This document shows, in pieces, positions 49,949 through 61,074 of a stretch of DNA of 64,000 nucleotides. The notes beneath the pieces were generated by a model. That model worked only from the letters and a program-made list of their open reading frames with translations, had not been told where the DNA came from and ran no database searches. Numbering within the stretch: position 1 is the first letter of the stretch; each line of letters begins with the position of its first letter. Source of the DNA: Felis catus. Taxonomy: Eukaryota. The stretch lies in contig NC_058369.1 of assembly GCF_018350175.1 (NCBI RefSeq), positions 28,274,001 to 28,338,000 of the forward strand, written 5' to 3'. The translations under genes and the position numbers were made by a program.

Positions 49949-51450
49949 GTAAATGTTAAGAACTATCTACATTCCCTCAAAGCATTTAGTAGTATTCCAT
50001 ATGCTTTGGTAGGCTGTGTCTTCACTTATCAAAAAGGTTTTGTTTTGTTTTGTTTTGTTTGTAATTTCCCTTATGATTTCTTCTTTGGCCCATTGGCTTT
50101 TTAAAAGTATACTGTTTAATCTCCATGTATTTATGAATTTCATAAATTTATCTTATTGTTTTGTAATTCTACACTATTGTGCCCAAAGAACATACTTTAT
50201 ATAATTTACAACCTTTTAGATTTTTTGAGGCTTGTTTTATGGTGTACCTGGAGAACATTCCATGTACACTGGAGAAAACTGTGCATTCAAGGTTCTTTTT
50301 GACTTTTTTCCCTCATCTGTTTCTCTTCTCCCGTGATCTCCTAAACTGTCTGCATCATTTACTATCACATCCCACCATTAGGTTTCACTAATTTCCAGCT
50401 GCTTGTCCTATTGGGTTTGATAATACCCCAGGAGGGGCATAAATTGCTCCACAGTGTGATCCAATTAAATTCAGACTCTTTTGCTGGGGGTGGGGGATAC
50501 TTTTGAGGCCAGTTTTGTTGGGTTTTGGTGTTTTTGTTTTTGTTTTGTTTTGTTTTGTTTTTCTGGCTTCAGGAGGACAGATCTTCCCTGATAATATCTG
50601 GTAAGCTAAGTGAGGTATGGTTAGGCTACTGCTAACATTGAGTTATGAACCTTCTCTTAACTGCTTATCACCACAGTCTCTGTTGGTTTGGAGAGCACCC
50701 TTAGACTTGAAATTCCCCACACTGTTTCATATCAATTGAGCTCCTTTGGTTTGAGTTTTAGAGCTCTCTTTTCTTTTAGCCTGCCTCTCTCCCTAGCAAA
50801 TCTCTGAGCCACTGCTCTAGAACTGGGGAATGGAATGACACCCTTGCTTTGTGAGCAGGGTACTGGTTAGAGGTGGTCATTTTTTGGTATTACTGATTTG
50901 CCTCTCCCAGAATGGAACCTCTCCCCTTCCAGGAAGCTAAGCAAGGGTAATCTGTATCTCAGTACTCTCAGCTGCCATACCTGCGGTAGAGTGTCCATCC
51001 CATGTGTATGGGCTGGGTGAACGAAAGTGGTCTCTAACCTGTTAGCTACATTCACCAGGAATTTAGCTTCTGTAACTCAGACCTGGATGGGATGAGAAAT
51101 GCTGGTGGCCTGCCCCTTTTAATGAGATACCACATCCCTTGACTGAGAGCTAATGGGAAAGTAAGCTCTATCTTGGCTCCATCTGCCCAACATGGAGCTT
51201 CCATCTGGCTGCATTGGGTAGAATGCGGTGGGGAGGAGGAGGAGTAGGTCATGGTTCAATGCCATAGACCCTTGCTGCTCTTATCAAGATTTAGTATATT
51301 TTCTTAAATATTCGTTTGCTGCATATGGTTAGGAGAATTCCAGAGACTTTAAATGGTTGGGTTTCTTTTTATCATTTTTACCAGTTATGGTCGTTTTGCT
51401 GGGGAATAGGTCTGTGAACTGCCTCACACTGTCATTTCAGAAAGGGAACT
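47235..51450 (-). mobile_element. Ancient LINE-1 (L1MD/L1MC-like): about 3 kb of ORF2 joined to a 5' UTR, ORF1 deleted
   Basis: Antisense ORF2-like sequence at 47235-50290 (TCAAGGTTCATCCATGTTGTAG, AGATCATGTCATCTGCAAAT); L1M 5'-end-like sequence at about 50300-51450; (TA)n at 49897-49946. Confidence 0.85.
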
Positions 51451-51757
51451 CCAATAAACTTCTCTTTAAGCTTGGAGACTTAGAAGTTGCTTATTATCAA
51501 AGCAGAGGCTAGCTTAGCATGACCAAACTCATGCCCAATATTAAAGCAGATTTTTTTCCCTCAAAGGGGGGAAAAAAACTAATGATTAGCCAAATGTACC
51601 CTTCTCTGATAAGTTCTTGTCCCTTAAAGCCAAGTAACTGTCACTGGTCACATTCCAAAATAATGCCTTTCCTGTTTTTCCTTTGTCCTTTCTGTGGCCT
51701 TAGCTGGCTGCTATAATGTGCCTATACATTCTTCATCCCTCTGACGAGAAGCCCAAA

Positions 51758-52178
51758 TCCTTTCAATCTTTAAAACACAAAACCCAGGGGCGCCTGGGTG
51801 GCTCAGTCGGTTGAGAGACCGACTTTGGCTCAGGTTATGATCTCACAGTTTGTGAGTTCAAGCCCCGCGTTGGGATCTGTGCTGACAGCTCAGAGCCTGG
51901 AGCCTGCTTTGGATTCTGTGTCTCCCTCTCTCTCTGCCCCTCCCCAACTCATGTTCTGTCTCTCTCTGTCTCAGAAATAAACATTTAAAAAATTAAAATA
52001 AATAAAATAAAATAAAACACAAAACCCATTTAAAGATGACAATATGACCATCAATGAGGGCAGGAACGCTATCTATTTTATTCACCAGGCTCCTTGCAAT
52101 CTTTAAAACACAAAACCCATTTAAAGTTGACAATAGGACCATCAGTGAACGCAGGAACGCTATCTATTTTATTCACCA
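51758..52178 (+). repeat. About 90-bp tandem duplication, first copy split by the SINE
   Basis: Copy 1 = 51758-51786 plus 52029-52087; copy 2 = 52091-52178. Confidence 0.9.
51787..52012 (+). mobile_element. CAN-SINE (SINEC_Fc2-like)
   Basis: Perfect TSD TAAAACACAAAACCCA (51771-51786, 52013-52028). Confidence 0.97.
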
Positions 52179-55100
52179 AGTATTCTCAGATCCTAAAACA
52201 GTAACTGGCTTGCCAGATACTTCATAGCTGCTCTTGAAACATTTTTTTCAAATTTTTCAATGAAAATATTTTTCAAATGAATGATAGTATCAGTAATCTG
52301 CTCCTTTTCCTTTGCCATACTGGCTGCCTGAGGGATGGAAGTGATGAGAGAATAGTTTGTCTTATGGTACATTTCTGAAAAGTATCCTCCCAAAGAGTGG
52401 TTCAAACTGGGACCCTGACACCTATGTTAAAGGATTCTGTGTATTGATAAAATAACCCAAGAGTCTTCTCGCCAGGAGGTCTGTGCTCATTTTCTCAGGA
52501 AACCCAAGGGATATATTCTGGCATGTGTAGCTGAGACCATAGAACAGAGTGTGGTACATCAGTTATGTGAATGAAAAGCAGTGTGAGGAGGTTGACTCCA
52601 AAAGACGATGATGTTGAAAAGAAAGCAAACAGTTCTGAAAAATCAGCCCACACCTGGTACACAGGAAGACCCAAACGCCTAGCAATACCCTGGCTGATCA
52701 CACGATGCAGGCTTGTTCTCTTACTTTGATCTGAGAGAATCAGATCTCTTCCCAAAGCCATCAGAGCCCTGCCTTCAGATGACTGGGTCTAGAAGTCCTA
52801 GAAAATTCCTGAAATAATGGTAAAACGGTAGCATCGAACCACCACAAGAAGCCTCTTTGGAAACTCTGTTCTAAATTTCTAAGGTGTTGGCTCAGTGTCT
52901 CTCTTATGTATTAAAGCCCACCTACGTAGCAAGCCCCACACCAGTCCTACCTACAGACCTGGCCAGGCCCCCTACTTATGTACCTAACACCATCAGTTGA
53001 GCTTTGCCAGGAACTTCACCTCCTCTAGATCTCTGGCTTTCTGATCTTTCTAGCCACCTATAATTTGCCCAACATCCCCTCCCACCCCATCCTATCTTGA
53101 TCTCACTCTGCTTTGCACAGAGTAATTAATCCATTGGTTAATTGGTAGGTTCAATTAATTCATCAATCTCCTGCTTTAGTCTCTGCTGGGATTCTATGAC
53201 TCTGTGTCTTTAACCTTATTGGAAAGCAGCCACATCTCAGATTTTACCCTCACTTCCTCCCAGGTCATAAAAAAAGGCAGCCCAGAAAGAAGTGGGTAAA
53301 AAACAGCTCTCAATCTTTGCCCTCTTGGTATCAGCTTTGAGACACCTGGCCAAGTACAGCCTGTGCTAAGTTTCAAAGAAAAGGCAGATAACTTTGAAGA
53401 TTTTATTTCACAGGGACAAAAGATAAAAGTCTCTGTCAAGTTGTCATTAGATGCTTAATGCTGTTCGTAGTGGGGTGCTGGGGCTCCCCTCCTCCTCCGT
53501 AGACCTCTAGCAGATTAGGTTTGAGAGCCTTAATTTGGGGAAGGATTTACAGCTGTGAAAAGGCATAATATCATTTTGATTTGGGTTGTACTAGGCTGGG
53601 GAGGCCAGATTACATTTGTATGAAACTGTATTAGAAGATATGACTGAAGCCACCAAAATCAAATAAAGGGAAAATTTTCCAGGGAGCCTAAAAATAGGGG
53701 CCTGCCTTTCCAACGCCCCTACACTGTTTCATTATTATCTCGATTTACACCAGGAGGATCCAAGCAGAAAAACAGAAGGTAGATGGCAAAAATGCTTACG
53801 CTTGCCCGACCTGTCCATCCATCAGCCTGTCATAAACCTAACCCAGAGATGGGTTCCCTGGATAAAGAAAAAAAAAATTAATTAACCCTTGGAGAATGTG
53901 GAAGTTAGCAGGGGAGAACAACTTATGAATAATGCCCTGCTTTCATCTCCTGAGGTACTGTCTAATTCAGAGTCTCAGAGAAATCCATCAAATAGTCTCT
54001 GAAGTTTTACCGGGCCCCGGTCCACCCACCACCGCCATATGCCACCACGTGCATGTGTCACACAGCATCCCCCAGACAACGACTTATGCAGAGAGTGTGC
54101 CTTTCCTTCAGAACAATCTTAAAACTATGACTCTCCTCATTTGCACGGCAAACAATGAATTACATTCTGTACCGCAAAAACCCAGCTTCCTCTGTGAGGA
54201 AGCATGGAAAACTAGTAGCTGTTGCTTGGAATTGTTTGTATTACACAGTCACACAGACTTGGGCAAATCAGCAGCATCTTCTAGTAGGATTTAAAGACAC
54301 ATAAACTGAACACCATGGGTAGAACTTCTAAAATTGAAAGTATTGTGCCAAAGCCTCTAGATTCAACCAGAATGTGTTGATCACGGGTGGGGAGAACTGG
54401 GGGAAGCAGGGCTGTTTTTTATCATCAGAAAAGAACTGTGAACTTCCAGCAGTGGGGGGAAATCATGCTGACAGCTACAAGCATCTGCAAGGGGCTACCT
54501 AATTCTCAAACTGTTGGGTCCTCTAAGACTGGCTAGTAGCCACGGAAAATGATGCGTGACGACGACTTCTCTGATTTCTGGCAGGACTTCTGATCTCTCA
54601 AGTACCACGGAAGATTGAAAGACCATTTTCCCCACAGGAACCACTTTCAGCGCACGTTTTATATACCTGCACATCTCCTCAGACAGGTAAAATATCACAA
54701 CTGTCTTAACTCCATAGTGAAAGTTGCACTGGGCCCATGACCAGAGGGCTCAAAGTCTTTGGTTTGGGCACACACAGATGTCTTGATTCACCTGAATAAA
54801 CAGGTGTTGGTGTAGGAAGGCACCGCTTCTCCAAACGTGGGGCAAAAACACAGTTTCCTCAGGGTCAAAACGTAGTGACAATGGCACAAAATTCAGGTCC
54901 TGACTTTCAGATGTGATTTACAGACAAGATTAATCAGATGAAAAATACATCCGAAGTCTCTCAGCTTGATCAAAAGAACTCCCTGGGGATAATTTCTATT
55001 TATTAATATATTAATTTATATAATTTATGTATAGCATATCTACAACAAGCTAGTACATATACATGTAAAGATACCTGTTGGTATCTTTATCTTTTTCTCA

Positions 55101-55607
55101 ACCCATGTACACACCTCAGTGTGAATAAGCCTTGTTTCTAATATTCTATGTCATCTAGGAAAAAGTTAAAAAGAAAGTTCTCTTTCTTTTAGGAGCCTGT
55201 TCATTTCCCTCACCATCTTCTCAGACAGTATAACAGAGTTTCCTTCGAGACCCCGAGAAAGCAAAGAACCACAGCTTCTATAGCCTTGGAACACTAAGCA
55301 AGTTATCAATAACACAGAACCTTGAAATTTGACCTTGAACTCTCTCTTTCTGAGTAGTGGATGTCCTGTGAGCAAAATAGAAGAGAAGAAAGATGGAGTG
55401 GGTACAAAGACCTGGCCATTGTGCTCACATTCTAGTTCTCTGAGGTTTCGTTGCCTCCTCTGGAAAATGCCAAATGTAGATTAACACAAACCTAAAATGA
55501 AAATCAATCTCCAGGAATAAAATAAATAAATAAAATGGCCTTTAACTCATAGGAAGAAAATGTGCTCAAAATATCCTCACAGATAACTTATTAACCTGCA
55601 CTAAGAT

Positions 55608-55865
55608 GGCAGGGTGGTAGGCATGGTGGTTAGGAACATGAGGTAGGAGTCATACCACCTGATTCCACATCCAGATCACGTCATTAACTAGCTGTATACT
55701 CTGGGCAAATTACTTAACCTCCTTGAGTCTCAGTTTCTCTATCTGTATAAGAAAAATAATAAAAGATGCCATATCACAGAACTATTACATCTCATGATGT
55801 ATGCAAAGCTGTTAGCATAATACCTAGCCCCACAGTTAGCACACAATCAACATTAGTTACCATTA
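55608..55865 (+). mobile_element. MIR SINE, near full length
   Basis: GCATGGTGGTTAGGAACATG...CTGGGCAAATTACTTAACCTC..GAGTCTCAGTTTC...AAAGCTGTTAGCATAATACCTAGC. Confidence 0.85.
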
Positions 55866-55880
55866 GAAATACAATTAATA

Positions 55881-56058
55881 GAGGCGCCTGGGTGGCTCAG
55901 GTCATGATCTCGCAGTTCACAAGTTCAAGCCCCATGTCAGGTTGTGTGCTGACAGCTCAGAGCCTGGAGCCTGGTTCGGATCCTGTGTCTCCCTCTCTCT
56001 CTGCCCCTCCCCTGCTTGTACTCTGTCTCTCTCTCTCAAAAATAAATAAGAAATTAAA
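55881..56058 (+). mobile_element. CAN-SINE with internal deletion
   Basis: Perfect TSD AAATACAATTAATA (55867-55880, 56059-56072); reads GGTGGCTCAGGTCATGATC. Confidence 0.95.
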
Positions 56059-56719
56059 AAATACAATTAATAATAATTGTCCTTAAGTATAAAGAAGTAA
56101 TATTTACATACTTGCAACCCTCTTGACCTGAGAAACTATATAATCAAGGATCGAAACAGAATTATAAGAAAGACGGAACTGGGTCATGTCCTTCAGATTA
56201 ATAAAAGTTGCCAGATAAAGCAATCCAAATTTAGAAAAATCTTTTGAGCTATTTTGCAGTAACTATGTCTGCCATCACTTGGGAAAGGGAGATGTACGCT
56301 CCTCGCGTTCTGGAGAGCTACTCAGAAATGCTAGCTGACCCCTGACAAACCTTCAGCTTCCCCAGGAACACAGTCATGCAGCTTTTGGGAGTAAGTGAGG
56401 GGAAACCATGAGCCCACACCCGAACACGGTCCCGTCTCCATCTGCACGATTTCACCACGAGCCACAGCACGCCTCTGAGGACACCAAGCCCAGCTGCCAG
56501 GGAAAGGTTTCAGGCCCAGAGTGGTGCCCCAAAAATTTCCGGTTCAGTGGGAACCTGGGGAATGCTTGGTCTCCCAGCACATGATTTCCTCATATTTCAT
56601 CACTTTCCAGGCTTTAAACAATTTTAACCTTCCCTCCGGGTGGACACAGAGACAGCTGTGCTCTAAGTGGAAATACCAGATTCCAAGTAGTGTGAGCCGA
56701 TTTCATCCCGTCCACTGGG

Positions 56720-56870
56720 CATCCAATTAGTATTGTGACATTGGCCGAGTCCTGACTTCTCTGAGCTTCACTTTCCCCACCTGTAAAATGGGCAAAAGCT
56801 GACGTTGGGGGTTGTGAGGAGATGTGCATGTTCCACACAAATGGGTTGGTACAGTTACTAATTTTCAAGG
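56720..56870 (+). mobile_element. MIR fragment
   Basis: TGTGACATTGGCCGAGTCCTGACTTCTCTGAGCTTCACTTTCCCCACCTGTAAAATGGG. Confidence 0.8.
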
Positions 56871-56978
56871 CTTCACTCATTTTCTGAACTGATAAAGGTT
56901 GTCAATCTACTCTCACAGCTCTCTCTACAAACAAAACCCAAAACAGAGAAACATTTCCAAAAGCTAACAAATTTGAGA

Positions 56979-57020
56979 AGGAGGAGGAGGAGGAGGAGGA
57001 GGAGGAGGAGGAGGAGGAGG
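56979..57020 (+). repeat. (GGA)n trinucleotide repeat
   Basis: About 14 perfect units. Confidence 0.95.
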
Positions 57021-57859
57021 GGAAAATTTGCTGCCACATAAATCGACCAGGGCCAAAGCGACAAGTGGCTTGGGCAAAGCAGTCTGTGTCCACAATTTAT
57101 TCTTTAATAACTTCTACTGTAATATTTCTGGGGCACATCAAAGGACAATAACAGCCCGAAGTTGGTAATCCCTCTCACATATAAAAACTTTCATTACACA
57201 GTGTTAAAGGCATGACTCTGTCTGAGAAATGGGAATCAATAGGAGTTGGCTGCTTTTTTCTCCATCCTATCCCAGGGAAACGACACTGGCTTTTCCTTCC
57301 CAGTGAGGCCGCGCTGTGTGGCCAGAGTTTCCTCTGATGGCTGCAGATGAGCAACAAGATGAAAACATCTCTGTGATGAATGGAAAAGGGGAAAAGAATT
57401 TCAGTAGCACACATCTCTGTGCCAGAAACCCAGAGTGGGCCATCCTAATTAGCCCTAAATGCTGCTTGTAAACATTGGCTTTGATGTATGTTTAAAAGTC
57501 ATCGGGATTTGTTCTGACTTGGTCATTTTTGTGCTCTCAGTCATAACAAGATTTTAATTTAAAAAATGGTTTTAATGGCACCCCAAGAGAAAGACAATTT
57601 GGGTAAGCTGCGGCAGAGTTTAGTAATACAACCTAAAAAAGTAGTTAGTAGGCAGCCATTAGTTTCCCCCTATTATCTGTAATGCGATTTATTGTCGGAA
57701 ATTCAAAATTCTTTACAAATGTTCTTACATTCAGCCTGACTATAGGATCCATTTCCTTTAAAGCATCACTTTAGATTCTTTAAAAAGCTAGAATCACCAT
57801 GTATGCTCCCTTTATTATGAATATATAAAGACTCAAGGCTACTCATAGCATGTCCCTAG

Positions 57860-58310
57860 TACAAGTCATCAACAAACCACCTCTTGCCAAAGCCAGGGGC
57901 CAATTTCAGGTCTCCCTTCATTTAACCACTTAGCAGCATTTGACAATTGGCCACCCCCTCCTTCTTGAACTTTTTTTTTTTTTACACACAACCACCTCCA
58001 CAGCTTCTCACTCCCTCCACAGCTACCCTGCTCTATCTATCTATCTTTATGATTTTAACAAGATTTGAAACCATCTCATTTATTTTTGTGTATGTTTGTT
58101 ACCTGACTTCATCCCTTGTACCTAACGAGGAAGTTCCTGGAACATCACAGACACTCCATAAATGTATGGTATCTGACTGACACTTAGCATTTTCTTGCGA
58201 CAGATAAAAGACTAAAGTTCAGAGGAGTAAAGCAACTTGTCCAGGATTGCAGAGTAATCTGCAAAGGCAGAATTTGAGCTCAAGGCCTCCTAACACAAAA
58301 CCTATACTTA
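57860..58310. mobile_element. L2 fragments (+) followed by a MIR fragment (-)
   Basis: CAGCATTTGACAATTGGCCACCCCCTCCTTCTTGAA (L2); ACAGATAAAAGACTAAAGTTCAGAGGAGTAAAGCAACTTGTCCAGG (MIR). Confidence 0.65.
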
Positions 58311-59404
58311 GGACCATAATACCATGGAAGGGCATGCCTTAGGGTAAAATACCCAAGGGGAGCCGGTTTGTAAACTTTAAGGGGACAGATTGCAAATACT
58401 TCGGGGTTTTTGTTTTGGTCCTGGAATCCTGTGCAGAATCAGTTAAGATTTGTGGAATAAACAAATTTTACCTCTGCTCTGAACAACAAGATCTTTGAGG
58501 GTAAAGACCAGATGTAGGGCACCTCTCACAGCTAAAACAGTCTGCTGGCCACAATAGGTAGTTGGATTAATTCCTATGTATTGGTCTACTTACCAAGAGG
58601 AGGCAGAAGTCTGGGCAATTGTAATTCAGTCAGAAAAGAAGCAAAGGACCAGGAATGGCGAGAAGCTGAAAAATCTATGTTATTCCTTTTCCACTGAAGA
58701 GACTCTCTCCAGGTGGAGAAAGTAAGCATCTCCCTAAGTATGAGAGGAGAATAAGGGATCTCACCTTGCTGGCTTCCCGCACTCCTACCCCGCTGAGACA
58801 GTCTTTTGGCCACTGCACAAAGAGCCAAAAAGTGACTCCTTCACAGTATGAGAACACTTTTAGCTGTAGGCCACGAGGAGGTTTTCCCTTGGTCTTTTAT
58901 TCAGTTGTTCACGGAAGGGGACATCCTGTGACCTCATTTTCACTCTGAAGTGAAAGAGAGAGCCAAGTGGCTTCCCACTTCGGGGTTCTGTACAAACTCC
59001 CCCTTTGATGGCACCTTTCCACTCCTCTGAGGCAAGGCCCAGGGGAAGAGCACTTTTCCATTTCAAGGAGGGGAGGAGTTGCTTGGGAATGAATCAGTTG
59101 CTCCCTGGGAATCCGGGCAGCACCAGGGAAAGGAAAGCAGAAGGAAGGCCCAGTTTCGATCCTCTGAACCATGGCCAGCGACTCCCTTCATTAAAAGTCA
59201 TTCTCATCAGGGGAAAGGCACTTAGGAAAAAAATGCAGTGGCTCAGCAATATGAATGGGACACTTGGACAGAAGACATTTCAATATGGCTGTTTTGATAG
59301 CACCACTGTGAGGCAGTCATTGTGATGATGGCATGAAACTATTTGGAAGTTTAGTCCTCAACCTGGAGAAATGTGTAAGGGAATAATTTGGATCAATAAT
59401 AATA

Positions 59405-59535
59405 ATTTTTATTTGCCGGTTTACTTGTTTTTTGTCCTTCTCCTGGAAGACAATGACTATACCTGTCTTAACTCTCATTGCATCCCTAGTGCCCAGCGTG
59501 GTACCTTGCACATAATTACTTATTGAAACAAATAA
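59405..59535 (+). mobile_element. L2 3' end
   Basis: CTCATTGCATCCCTAGTGCCCAGCGTGGTACCTTGCACATAA. Confidence 0.7.
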
Positions 59536-59744
59536 AAGACTGCTACTGGTATGAGGCCTCTTCCTCCTCCTCCCATCATTCCTACTGCCTATGCCCAATG
59601 CTTATACATGGTAGGCACATAATAATTGGTCGAAAAAAAGGAACTGCCACCATCACTACTACCATTATGGCTATATCACTACTACTACTACTACTGCAAC
59701 CCCCACTGAGTGATCCTGTTGGCCCTCCATTAAAAAACCAATTG

Positions 59745-59860
59745 CAAGAATTATGCTGGGGTTATTTCAATTATCATCCCCACTTTACAGATGAGATCAT
59801 AGGCACAGGGAAGTAAAGTACCCTAAGACACACATGCAATATGTGATAGAACGGGAATAA
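59745..59860 (-). mobile_element. MIR fragment
   Basis: ATCATCCCCACTTTACAGATGAGATCATAGGCACAGGGAAGTAAAGTA. Confidence 0.7.
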
Positions 59861-59979
59861 TAAGAATGTTGTTATTATGAATCTTGGCCAAATAAACTGG
59901 GAGAAATGAGGAAAAGGCTGAGGGTTAAGAAGAAGGTTGTACTTAATTCCTCTATTTTGGTCTCTTCAGTACTTCCTTT

Positions 59980-61030
59980 CACTGAAAGAAACCAGGGATT
60001 CTTGAAGAAATGGCAGATTGCAGATCTGACACAGGAAATGGACACGATGAATGAGGAAAGTTTGTCATAGGAAGCTATCAAAGCCTACTGGAGTCATGTC
60101 AAAAGGACTTGGAGCCAACTTGAAAGGGGCTCCTACTGACCAAAGATCAATCAATTTCAACATTAAAAGAACTTTGAAGGTGGTAGAATGAAACAGATCT
60201 AATGCATAAAAATCCATGAGTTCATAATGGTATGAAAAATAATCATTGGTCACCTTTAGAAGTTGTTAGGGTACCAACTCACAATTCAGAAAATATATAA
60301 ATAAAGGAAAATGGTTAAACATCTACCCTAACTTTCCTGTATGGACCACATTTAGGAATCAAAAGTTCCATATAAAGGAACCACATTAATATGAGCATGA
60401 GGAATGACCATTAGAAAATCACCATCTGCAACTCTTAATGAAATAATGGTTCTAGGCAACCACTATATATGGCTCCTAAAACATTAGCTTAAAGCTTGAT
60501 AGGGAACTTGATATTGAAGGGATCAGACTAACAACACCTGAATCTATAAGTCAATCATAAACTAACTAAAAGTGGAATGACCAGACATTACATCAGTGTT
60601 TCCCAAACTTTGAAGCACATTAACATCACTTGGCCAGGGAAGGAGGCAGAGGCAGCTCTTAAAAATCCCAATGTTCAGGTCACATTCCATATCAATTAAA
60701 CCATAATGTCTGGGATAGTAATCAAGCATCAGGTTTTTTTTCTCCCCTTTATTTAAACATTTGTTGGATGATTCCAATGTGAAGCCAAGTTTGGGAACCA
60801 CTGTATTTTATGGCGCATGGTGTGATGCAGTAGGAGATACACAGTGTCCCCTATGATATGTTACTACCTAACAACCTCTAAATCTAACTAAATATCTATT
60901 ACAAATATGAAGAATAAAGAAACATTCAAACAATGGCATCAGAAGGAAATAATTAGCAATCCAAAGCGTAGGAGAAAAAATGGAGAAAAAAAGGCCTATT
61001 TTTTTTTTCAACAAATGGCATCTTTAAAAA
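59980..61030 (+). mobile_element. L1MC4-like 3' region
   Basis: AAACCAGGGATTCTTGAAGAAATGGC...GAGTCATGTCAAAAGGACTTGGAGCCAACTTGAA...AAAATCCATGAGTTCATAATG. Confidence 0.75.
60594..60803. mobile_element. MER5-family MITE nested in L1MC4
   Basis: TIRs CAGTGTTTCCCAAACTT / AAGTTTGGGAACCACTG. Confidence 0.8.
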
Positions 61031-61074
61031 TGGTGGTGGCAGGTGCCTTTCTTAAACCATGGCTGGAAGGAAGA

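Noticed and set aside
51758..52178. Repeat-spacer-like arrangement (also 23931-24456) superficially like a CRISPR array
   Set aside because: Eukaryotic DNA; fully explained by TSDs and a local duplication; no cas genes
53932..54294. 120-aa ATG ORF in unique sequence
   Set aside because: No recognisable homology; length within chance expectation
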